DNA of 64,000 bases from Candidatus Limnocylindria bacterium (lineage in GTDB: Bacteria; Chloroflexota; Limnocylindria; QHBO01): NCBI GenBank assembly GCA_036262075.1, contig DATAJO010000003.1, positions 15,464 to 79,463 of the forward strand, read 5' to 3'. The position numbers and the translations under genes are program-made. This document shows positions 55,510-64,000 of this stretch, piece by piece. The notes under the pieces are model-generated. The model worked only from the letters and a program-made list of their open reading frames with translations, did not search any database and was not told the origin of the DNA. Numbering within the stretch: position 1 is the first letter of the stretch; the number at the start of each line of letters is the position of its first letter.

Positions 55510-56898
55510 ATGCGCCCGCGCCGCCGTTTCGCGCCCGTCGCGCTTGCCGTGGGGCTGACGCTCGGCGCGATGCTCACGGCGCCGCCTCCGGCGAGCGCGA
55601 TTCCGGAGGAGCACGTCGGTCAGAAGTACGCGATCACGGCCACGCTCGACGTCGCCGCGCGGCGCCTCGACGCCGATGTCGAGCTCACGCTCGTGAACCG
55701 GGGTGCCAGCCCGATGGACCACGTCGACCTCACCCTCGTGCCGCGCTCGCTCGGCTGGCTCGTGAGCGACGACCTCGACGTCACGGTCGATGGCGCGTCG
55801 GTCAGCGAGGAGTGGACGACCGCGATCAACCTCCGCGTCCCGCTCGACGGGCTCCGCGTCCACGAAACGACGACGATCCGCATCCCATTCGCGCTCGTGG
55901 TCGGCCGGGCGCCCGACGCGTTCTCCGCGCGGACGAGCGCCGAGAACGGCGTGCTCAGCTTCGGCCAGTGGTTCCCGATCGTCTCGACCGAGCACGACGT
56001 CTACGGCCTCGGCGACCCGCAGATCAGCTTCACCGCCGCGTCCGTCCGACTCGAGCTGCGGACCACGACGTCACTGCCCCGCAACGCCGTTGCCTGCCCG
56101 GGCCTGGCGAGCGCGCCCCCGGGCACTGGGACGGCGTGGACCTGCGAGGCCGGGCAGGTGCGCGACTTCAGCTTCGTCGTCAACCCGCGCTTCCGGCTCG
56201 TCGAGCGCGCCGTGGGCGACGTCGACGTGCGGGTCTACGCCGAGACCGTCGACGGCAACCGGACGGCGGACCTGGCGACCCAGGCCCTCATCGGCCTCGA
56301 GGAGACGTTCGGGCCGTACCCGTGGGACGACCTCGTGCTGGCGGAGGTCGGCGCCGGCGGCGGGTTCAGCATGGAGTACCCGCGGATGATCCACCTCACC
56401 CGCGGCAAGGTCACCGATCCGTACGTGGTCTATCACGAGGTCGCGCACCAGTGGTTCTACGGCCAAGTCGGCAACGACCAGCAGGCCGAGCCGTGGCTCG
56501 ACGAGGCGCTGGCTGATTTCAGCGCGCGGTATCTCATGGGCGTCGGCGAGAACCAGTGCTCGACGCGTCCCGTCGACTCCGAGGTGTTCGCCTGGCCGGC
56601 CGCGGCCACGACGGGCGGCGACTGGACCTCGTGCGACGGCTACTTCCACGCGGTGTTCTATCGCGGCACCGAGTTCCTCACCGCGGTGCGCAGCACGATG
56701 GGTGACGGCGCCTTCTTCCGCGCCATGCGCGCCTGGGTCGACCGCAACCGCCACGGCTTCGCGACCGGCGACGAGCTCCTCCGGCACCTCGAGCGCCATA
56801 CCGATGCGGACCTGCGGCCGATCTTCGACGCCTACCTCGGCAACACCGATGCGGCCGTGCGGCATCGGCCGGCTTCAGCCGGGGCGCGACCGCAGTAG
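55510..56898 (+). CDS. secreted M1-family (gluzincin) metallopeptidase
   Basis: Signal peptide; HEVAHQWFYG...(18)...E zinc-binding HEXXH-E arrangement; GFSMEYP resembles the GAMEN-like exopeptidase motif. Confidence 0.75.
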   Translation: MRPRRRFAPVALAVGLTLGAMLTAPPPASAIPEEHVGQKYAITATLDVAARRLDADVELTLVNRGASPMDHVDLTLVPRSLGWLVSDDLDVTVDGASVSEEWTTAINLRVPLDGLRVHETTTIRIPFALVVGRAPDAFSARTSAENGVLSFGQWFPIVSTEHDVYGLGDPQISFTAASVRLELRTTTSLPRNAVACPGLASAPPGTGTAWTCEAGQVRDFSFVVNPRFRLVERAVGDVDVRVYAETVDGNRTADLATQALIGLEETFGPYPWDDLVLAEVGAGGGFSMEYPRMIHLTRGKVTDPYVVYHEVAHQWFYGQVGNDQQAEPWLDEALADFSARYLMGVGENQCSTRPVDSEVFAWPAAATTGGDWTSCDGYFHAVFYRGTEFLTAVRSTMGDGAFFRAMRAWVDRNRHGFATGDELLRHLERHTDADLRPIFDAYLGNTDAAVRHRPASAGARPQ

Positions 56899-56902
56899 CG
56901 GT

Positions 56903-57772
56903 TCAGCCCTCGCCGATCTCGGTCAGCGGCAGGAGCGTTGCCGGTGGCGGATCGGTGCGGCGACGGAGCACGTTCGAGAGGAGCGATCGGCTGCGCGCGA
57001 CCTCGAGCTGGCGCTCGGCGAGGACCTGCTGCGCGGCGCAGTCGATGGCGTCGCACTCGCTGCCCCACCAGGCCAGGCGGCGCCGATGGATGGAGAGGTA
57101 GACATCGGCGTCCGAGCAGTCGTCGATGAGCTGGCCGATGGTGGCGCGCGCCTCGGCGATCGTCGGCAGGTAGTCGTTCGCGTACCAGTCGCGCGCGACG
57201 TCGGGCCACGGCCGGATGCGGCCGCCGGCCGCCTCCGCCATCTCGAACGCGTGGGCGCGGACCGCGGCGTACAGCTCGCCATAGGCGTCGATATCGGTCA
57301 GGGCGAAGCGGACCTCGGGGATCGCCTCACGGAAGCCGCTGTGGCGCCGAAACTCCGACTCGCGGGCGGTGCGGAGGATCACCTCCTCGTCGAGATCGGT
57401 GTCCACGGCGTACGGCGTCTGCGCGCGGCTGACCCGGGCATCGAGGAACTCGCGGCCCTCGCGGTGGGCCAGCGCGACGCGCTTGTGGCCGTCACGCACG
57501 AAGTAGGCGCGATCGACGCGCACGACGTCGATCGGCTCGTCGAGGCCGGACGGGGCGGCGTTGCGGATGTCGTCGAGCTGCTTGGCCAGGCGCGGGTGGA
57601 GGGGATGCCAGCACGCGTCGAAGTCGCGAGCGCGCTGGGCGCTGCCGATGATCTGCGCCACCGGGATCTCCTGCACGCCCTCGGGCACGGGCGATCCGAG
57701 CGCAAGCTGCCGGCTGATCCAGCCGAGCTCGTAGAGCGGGCCGCACTCGTGCGGCGTGCCGGGCAATCGCAT
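56903..57772 (-). CDS. ParB/sulfiredoxin-like nuclease-domain protein
   Basis: PVAQIIGSAQRARDFD...VVRVDRAYFVRDGHKRV matches the ParB N-terminal fold with a DGHHR-like motif; 289 aa. Confidence 0.55.
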   Translation of the reverse strand: MRLPGTPHECGPLYELGWISRQLALGSPVPEGVQEIPVAQIIGSAQRARDFDACWHPLHPRLAKQLDDIRNAAPSGLDEPIDVVRVDRAYFVRDGHKRVALAHREGREFLDARVSRAQTPYAVDTDLDEEVILRTARESEFRRHSGFREAIPEVRFALTDIDAYGELYAAVRAHAFEMAEAAGGRIRPWPDVARDWYANDYLPTIAEARATIGQLIDDCSDADVYLSIHRRRLAWWGSECDAIDCAAQQVLAERQLEVARSRSLLSNVLRRRTDPPPATLLPLTEIGEG

Positions 57773-57812
57773 GCCGGGACGATACGACCGTCGGCGCCGT
57801 CGGACCAGCGAC

Positions 57813-57957
57813 CTATGTCGCGTCCGGATGTCGGCGTCCCGTCGCCCGCACGAACTCGAGGAAGCCGATATCGCCGGGCGACACGCCGGCGCGGGTCAGC
57901 AGGACGGCCGCCTCGCTGAACTGCTGCAGGGCGTGGCTGTACAGGTGCATGACGTAG
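57813..57957 (-). pseudogene. short ORF with host-like codon usage (MHLYSHALQQFSEAAVLLTRAGVSPGDIGFLEFVRATGRRHPDAT); possible 3' remnant of a gene truncated by the adjacent insertion
   Basis: Excellent GC3, bounded upstream by an in-frame TAG at the edge of a CTAG-rich, lower-GC segment. Not in the ORF track (under 60 aa). Confidence 0.25.
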
Positions 57958-58096
57958 TGCCGCAGCGGCTAGTCAGGTACGCGCGCCGGCGACGCGACAT
58001 TCCGCCGTCCCGGCGTCCGTCGCAGCGCCGATGGCATGGATCGGCAGGCGTCGCATTGGAGGTCCGACGCCTAGCTGATCCCAGATGATCGCCTTG

Positions 58097-58121
58097 GGTC
58101 AAAGTTGACATTGGCGCAAGG
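58097..58121. repeat. 25-bp direct repeat, left copy GGGTCAAAGTTGACATTGGCGCAAG (contains palindrome GTCAA-ag-TTGAC)
   Basis: 22 of 25 identical to 58584..58608; the two copies bracket a small ORF with atypical codon usage. Confidence 0.8.
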
Positions 58122-58129
58122 CTATTGGG

Positions 58130-58510
58130 TCACTCGTAGAAGGCGCCGACCCGCAGGACTTCGAACGCGCGATCCCATGCCTCCGGCGGCAGCTGGACTC
58201 CCGAGCCCGCCCACTCGGCCAGCGCGTCTAGGTGCGACTGAAGATCAGCCTCGTCGCCGTCCCGCTCCGGAAGCAGAACCTGCCACGTCCCGAGAAGCTC
58301 CTGATCTAGCGGCATGCTTGAGCCGGCGCGGTAGCTGTGACTGGCGTTGACCCACCCCGTAAGGGTCCAATTGCGCCACCAGTCGCCTCGCTGCTCTTCC
58401 CAGGCTGCATAGTCCGGCTCCGGCAGTGCAAGGGCTGCGTCGAGCGATGCCCGAAGCTGGCGGACAGCTTGGGCGAACTCGTCCGCCGAGGACAGGTGTT
58501 TTGGCTCCAT
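58130..58510 (-). CDS. small acidic Trp-rich hypothetical protein (126 aa) with atypical lower GC3 codon usage; probably horizontally acquired
   Basis: ATG 58510 inside the 58130..58705 ORF. Codons such as cca, aaa, caa, gct, ctt, gca, tat, gaa, aat and cta are frequent, unlike neighbouring genes. Six CTAG tetramers lie within ~0.7 kb versus ~5 in the remaining 63 kb. Confidence 0.45.
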   Translation of the reverse strand: MEPKHLSSADEFAQAVRQLRASLDAALALPEPDYAAWEEQRGDWWRNWTLTGWVNASHSYRAGSSMPLDQELLGTWQVLLPERDGDEADLQSHLDALAEWAGSGVQLPPEAWDRAFEVLRVGAFYE

Positions 58511-58583
58511 GAGCAAATCATGCACATGCGAGCGGTCAGTCGCAGGCTGGCGGAGAGCCGGGCGGCGCCGTGTCGCCAAGCGT

Positions 58584-58608
58584 GGGTCGAACTTGACAGT
58601 GGCGCAAG
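58584..58608. repeat. 25-bp direct repeat, right copy GGGTCGAACTTGACAGTGGCGCAAG
   Basis: See 58097..58121. Confidence 0.8.
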
Positions 58609-58617
58609 CGAACCTAG

Positions 58618-59556
58618 TCAACCGAGTCGCCGCGTCCGGAGTCCGGACCGGTCCTCCAGGTACAGCCGTGGCACTCCAACGAGCGCGGCCAGCCGCGCGA
58701 GCCACATCGTCGGTACCGCGACGACGAGCGCAGCGAACGCAAGCCAGCCCCAGCGTTGCCTCGTTGCGATCGTCATGAGCACACCCGCGATCGCCAGTCG
58801 GAGGAGGAAGTCACCCAGCGTCGACGGCACCAGGAAGAGCAGCTGGTCACCGATATATGGAGCGTCATTCGTGCTGGCTCCCTGTTGCAGCATGGCGGCG
58901 ACGAAGGCTCCCCACGATTCCGGGTCGAGGCTGACGTGTGCGGCCACCGCCACTGATGCGGCGACGGTCCCGAGGATGATCGGGCGGCGCGCGGCGGGGG
59001 TCGCGATCCACAGGTACCCGATGAGCAAGGCGCTGCCGTACTTGACGAACGACTGCGCCGCGAGAGCGGCAGCGCCGGCGCCTCGCAGTGCCCACCGCGC
59101 GCCGGCGGCCAGCGGAAGGGTCAGGTTGAGGCTCCACAGCTCGATGAGCAGCGGCGGGAACAGGAGCGCCCACCCCACTGCCTTCCACGATCCGACGAGG
59201 TAGCGCACGCAGAGCAGGCAGGCGGCTCGGTACAGCCACGTCAACATGGACTCCGGAAGGACGGTGAACGGCGCAACCAGCGCCGCGAACGTGGGCAGGT
59301 ACCGATATGCCCCCGGGTCGTTGATCTCCACTGCCGTGTAGAGCGGCTCTCCCGCGAGGTACCGCTGGCCGGCGAGGTAGTAGGCGTTGAAGTCGTACGC
59401 CCATCCGCCGTCGCGGCGGAGGCCGTCCATGAACGAAAGCGCGGCGATCGCGAATCCCGCGGCTGCCGCAACGTACCCGGCCACGAGGAGCGCTGTCCGC
59501 ACGCTCGGCACCTGAACGAGCCGGGCGAAGCCGCGCTCGGCGGACTCGGTGGTCAC
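58618..59556 (-). CDS. DUF2029 / GT87-like integral membrane protein (mannosyltransferase-like)
   Basis: 312 aa, multiple TM helices; resembles actinobacterial alpha-1,2-mannosyltransferase-family membrane proteins but appears short. Confidence 0.6.
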   Translation of the reverse strand: MTTESAERGFARLVQVPSVRTALLVAGYVAAAAGFAIAALSFMDGLRRDGGWAYDFNAYYLAGQRYLAGEPLYTAVEINDPGAYRYLPTFAALVAPFTVLPESMLTWLYRAACLLCVRYLVGSWKAVGWALLFPPLLIELWSLNLTLPLAAGARWALRGAGAAALAAQSFVKYGSALLIGYLWIATPAARRPIILGTVAASVAVAAHVSLDPESWGAFVAAMLQQGASTNDAPYIGDQLLFLVPSTLGDFLLRLAIAGVLMTIATRQRWGWLAFAALVVAVPTMWLARLAALVGVPRLYLEDRSGLRTRRLG

Positions 59557-59684
59557 GAGGGGAATCTACGCCCTGTGGGCGCGACGCCGAGCGGATCGTC
59601 GGCGCCGCGCGCGCCGATCCGCCGACCTTCGATGGCCGGCTCCGCGGAGAGGGTCAACCGTGACCGGGGCTCGAGCGCCACCGG

Positions 59685-61265
<1,581 letters not shown>

Positions 61266-61406
61266 CGGCTCAAGGGTAGCGCGCTTGGCGTGGCGCGGGA
61301 CCTGTGGTGCGGCTTGCGCGGCGTGCCTCGCGCACAGGTCGTACGGCGCAGGATCCCTCCTTAGCCGCTGACCTCGAACGTGCGGGCTCGGACGACGCGC
61401 ATTGGC

Positions 61407-61877
61407 TCAGGCGCCGAAGCGCATGAGGATCATGCAGGTGAAGACGATGAAGAACAGGCCGAGGTCGATCCTCGAGATGCGGCGCAGCCGCGCCACGCTC
61501 GCGCCGTAGTCGGGCGTGTCCTTCAGGCCCTCGAAGATCGGGCCGATGTACCGGGCGCCGGTGTAGAACAGCGCGACCGTGGTCAGCAGGGCCACGACCC
61601 AGGTGATGCCGTAGGCGGTGCCGAAGACGTCCGCGAACGCGTCGATCGGCCCGAACAGCGTGCCGCGAATGATGCCGAGCGCGAGGACCGCGAGGCCGAC
61701 GAACGGGAAGACCTTCGCGCCGATCTCACCCAGCCGCGCGTTCGTGATCCGACCCTGGGCTTCGGGCAGCTCCAAGAGGGCCGGGGTGACGAGGAAGTAC
61801 ATCGCCAGCGCGTAGCCGAACCACAGGATGCCGAGCAGGACGTGCAGCCATTGCACAGCGAACTGAGCCCAGTCCAT
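61407..61877 (-). CDS. hypothetical integral membrane protein
   Basis: 156 aa, 4 TM helices, good GC3. Confidence 0.5.
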   Translation of the reverse strand: MDWAQFAVQWLHVLLGILWFGYALAMYFLVTPALLELPEAQGRITNARLGEIGAKVFPFVGLAVLALGIIRGTLFGPIDAFADVFGTAYGITWVVALLTTVALFYTGARYIGPIFEGLKDTPDYGASVARLRRISRIDLGLFFIVFTCMILMRFGA

Positions 61878-61944
61878 GGTCGCCCTCCGTGACGGACCGA
61901 TTCAACCGGCGCAGCATACGCCGGCCGCCCGCGCCGGAAGGCCG

Positions 61945-62310
61945 TCAGGGTGCGCGCCGGCGCCGCTCGAAGGCGTGGATGCCGGCCGGGTGCATCCGAC
62001 CGGCGACGCGCAGCTTCTCGATCCGAGCGAGGTTGATGGCCGACCAGTTCGACGCGCGACGGCGCGGGGTGAAGCGGATGGCGTGGAGCTCCTCGTCGAT
62101 GCCGAACGTGATGCCGTCGATCCAGCCGAAGCACAGCGCCTCGTCGACGGCATCGTCGTACGTCATCGCCGTCTTGCCGGCGGACTTGCGATAGAAGCCG
62201 ACGAACAGGGCGTCGGCCCGGTCTTGGTGAGCCTCGAGCCAGTCGCGGAACGCCTCGGCGGTGGGGAAGACCGTGACCTCGTCGCGCGTCGGGCGCTGGA
62301 TCGGGCTCAC
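61945..62310 (-). CDS. YdeI/OmpD-associated family protein (PF13376-like)
   Basis: GTG 62310 overlapping the upstream gene stop (GTGA); FRDWLEAHQDRADALFVGFYRK...EALCFGWIDG matches the family by eye. Confidence 0.55.
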   Translation of the reverse strand: MSPIQRPTRDEVTVFPTAEAFRDWLEAHQDRADALFVGFYRKSAGKTAMTYDDAVDEALCFGWIDGITFGIDEELHAIRFTPRRRASNWSAINLARIEKLRVAGRMHPAGIHAFERRRRAP

Positions 62311-63188
62311 CAGCCCCCCTCGTCGCGGATGAGCCGATGCAGGACGCGGCCGGCCACGAGCCGTCGGTAGTCGGCGGTCGAGCGGACGTCGTCGATCGGA
62401 TGGATCTCGGCCTCGAGCGCCTCGCGGGCGCGATCGGCGGTCTCGGCGGTCGGTCGCGCGCCCTCGAGGGCGGCCTCGGTGGCAGAGGCCCGAATCGGGG
62501 TGGCCGCCACGGAGCCGAGGGCCACGCGCACGTCGGTCCACGCAGCGTCGTCGCTGACGGCGCGCCAGGCGAGCGCCATGACGACCTTGCTGATCGCCTG
62601 TGCCCGACGCGTGCCGACCTTGCGGAACCGGACCTGGCGGTCGGCGACGATCGGGATGCGGATGCGGACGACGAGCTCCTCGTCACGGCGCGCGGTCGTG
62701 CGGTACGACGGCCAGAACTCGCTCGCCGGCACCGTCCGCTCGCCGCCGGCGGATCCGAGCACGATCTCGGCATCGAGGGCCAGGAGGACGGGCAGCGTGT
62801 CGCCGGCGGGCGAGGCGTTCACGACGTTGCCACCGATCGTCCCGCGGTTCTGGATCTGTGCCGCGCCGATCGTGGCGGCCGCCTCGGCGAGGACCGGGAC
62901 GAGCTCGGCGACCACGGGCGATCGGCGGAGCTCGGTGTACGTCGTCAGCGCCCCGAGCACGAGCGCATCGGCCTCGACGCTGATGCCGCGCAGCTCGTCG
63001 AGGCCCCAGATGTCGAGGATCCGCTCCGGCGGCGCACCGATCTCCCCGGCCAGCTGGACCATGAGGTCCGTGCCGCCGGCCAGCGGACGCCATGGGCGGC
63101 CGCCATCGGCCGTGGCCTCGGCCAGGAGCGCGTAGGCGGCCTCGAGGCGGGTCGGGGATTCGGTTGGCGGCTCGACGGCGTTCGGCAT
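62307..63188 (-). CDS. FAD-binding subunit of a molybdenum hydroxylase (xanthine dehydrogenase / CoxM-type)
   Basis: 293 aa; LAGGTDLMVQL, NRGTIGGN, and a CO-dehydrogenase-flavoprotein C-terminal domain. Confidence 0.8.
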   Translation of the reverse strand: MPNAVEPPTESPTRLEAAYALLAEATADGGRPWRPLAGGTDLMVQLAGEIGAPPERILDIWGLDELRGISVEADALVLGALTTYTELRRSPVVAELVPVLAEAAATIGAAQIQNRGTIGGNVVNASPAGDTLPVLLALDAEIVLGSAGGERTVPASEFWPSYRTTARRDEELVVRIRIPIVADRQVRFRKVGTRRAQAISKVVMALAWRAVSDDAAWTDVRVALGSVAATPIRASATEAALEGARPTAETADRAREALEAEIHPIDDVRSTADYRRLVAGRVLHRLIRDEGGW

Positions 63189-63221
63189 CGGCTCGGGCGT
63201 CTCCGTATCGGCTGCCGAGGG

Positions 63222-63359
63222 TCAGTGGCGGAAGGAGCGGATGAAGCGCAGGAGGAGCCAGATGGCGACGATGGCCACGAGGAGCTGCCCCGGCGTCAGC
63301 GCCAGGGTGATGTCGCGGTCCTCGAGCGCCTCTTGAAGGCTTTCGGGCTGGTCGGTCAT
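63222..63359 (-). CDS. possible tiny membrane protein (45 aa) between the Fe-S and FAD subunit genes
   Basis: MTDQPESLQEALEDRDITLALTPGQLLVAIVAIWLLLRFIRSFRH; ATG overlaps the upstream stop; one TM helix. Not in the ORF track. Confidence 0.25.
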   Translation of the reverse strand: MTDQPESLQEALEDRDITLALTPGQLLVAIVAIWLLLRFIRSFRH

Positions 63360-63823
63360 GCGTGGCTCCTTCTTTCGGCGGCGAGGGCGATGGCCTCGAT
63401 GATCTTCGTGTAGCCGGTGCAGCGGCACAGGTTGCCGGCGATCGCCTCGCGGATGTTCTCCTCGGTCGGCTCGTCGCCGGAGGCGAGGAACGCCTCGCCG
63501 GCCATGAGCATTCCCGGCGTGCAGATGCCGCACTGGGCGCCGCCGGTCTCGAGGAAGGCCTGCTGGAGGTCGTTCAGGGCGTTCGGCCGGCCGAGGCCCT
63601 CGACCGTCCGCACGCTGGCACCGGCGACCTGGCTGACGGGCACGAGGCAGGCGTCGACCACCGCGCCGTCGACGAGGACGCTGCACGCGCCGCACTCGCC
63701 CTCGCCGCAGCCCTCCTTGGTGCCGGTCAGGCCGAGGTCCTCGCGCAGGACGTCGAGCAGGCGTCGCGAACCCGTGACGCGCACCTCGACCGGGTCGCCG
63801 TTGACCGTGAAGCGGAAGCTCAT
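63356..63823 (-). CDS. (2Fe-2S)-binding small subunit of a molybdenum hydroxylase (XdhC/CoxS-type)
   Basis: CGEGECGACSV (plant-ferredoxin-type cluster) and CGICTPG...CRCTGY (second cluster). Confidence 0.85.
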   Translation of the reverse strand: MSFRFTVNGDPVEVRVTGSRRLLDVLREDLGLTGTKEGCGEGECGACSVLVDGAVVDACLVPVSQVAGASVRTVEGLGRPNALNDLQQAFLETGGAQCGICTPGMLMAGEAFLASGDEPTEENIREAIAGNLCRCTGYTKIIEAIALAAERRSHA

Positions 63824-64000
63824 CGCGGATCCCCGGGATCGGTCGGCGCGCGGAACGGCATCGGGTCGCCGCCGTGCGGGAGGTCCTCGATCGGCGGCGT
63901 TCGCGGGACAGGCTCCTCGAGCGAGATGCCCGGCGGGGGCGGCATCGGCCCGCCGGAGAGCGTGGCGAGGATGCGCTCGGGCGTGGCCGGCAGGTCGTCG
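63820..64000 (-). CDS. 3' end of an upstream CDS (unknown; runs off window)
   Basis: Stop TGA overlaps the ATG of the 2Fe-2S subunit gene; high GC3 reading frame continues to the window edge; product not identifiable from 60 codons. Confidence 0.3.
   Translation of the reverse strand, partial: DDLPATPERILATLSGGPMPPPPGISLEEPVPRTPPIEDLPHGGDPMPFRAPTDPGDPR

Noticed and set aside
57896-58111. 71-aa minus ORF and 57756..58088 plus ORF
   Set aside because: Wrong frame relative to the only frame with host-like GC3 (57813-57957); Arg/Cys/Ser-rich junk.

Overview
Very high-GC (~70%+) bacterial chromosomal segment with strong GC3 codon bias, most likely Actinomycetota. Because of the GC content, every frame carries long ORFs; only those with recognisable protein sequence or host-like codon usage are called.

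Real genes, left to right:
- A partial RecB-family (TM0106-like) nuclease, DUF72, DUF4112, a WYL/PafBC-like regulator, msrB and a threonine aldolase.
- An orphan receiver-domain protein divergent from a membrane-fused sulfite-oxidase-type molybdoenzyme, followed by a secreted protein combining a putative Cys-peptidase domain with a DPBB domain.
- SGNH hydrolase, a DAG-kinase-family lipid kinase, and paaABCD. A ~490 bp repeat element sits between paaA and paaB, and no paaE is present.
- An ATPase-less peptide ABC transporter (permease, binding protein, permease), a LAL/LuxR regulator and a PKD-domain protein.
- thrS, a VOC protein, a class III adenylate cyclase, a GT-C glycosyltransferase, and the conserved infC-rpmI-rplT-pheS-pheT block.
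- cvpA-mpg-mutS2, a class A PBP, tyrS, an EF-G paralog, yebC, an ArsR-like regulator, and ruvC-ruvA without ruvB.
- Urate catabolism (uricase, a GNAT::OHCU-decarboxylase fusion, HIU hydrolase, a cyclic amidohydrolase), then murJ and peptidases.
- A ParB-like protein beside a small CTAG-rich cassette flanked by 25-bp direct repeats.
- A GT87-like membrane protein, malate synthase, and xanthine-dehydrogenase-type FAD and 2Fe-2S subunits.

No rRNA, tRNA or CRISPR array was recognised.

The most unusual items are the structured tandem repeat inside the paa operon, a ~33-bp conserved motif on both sides of the LAL regulator, the direct-repeat-flanked foreign cassette at 57.8-58.6 kb, and the novel-architecture secreted peptidase/DPBB protein.
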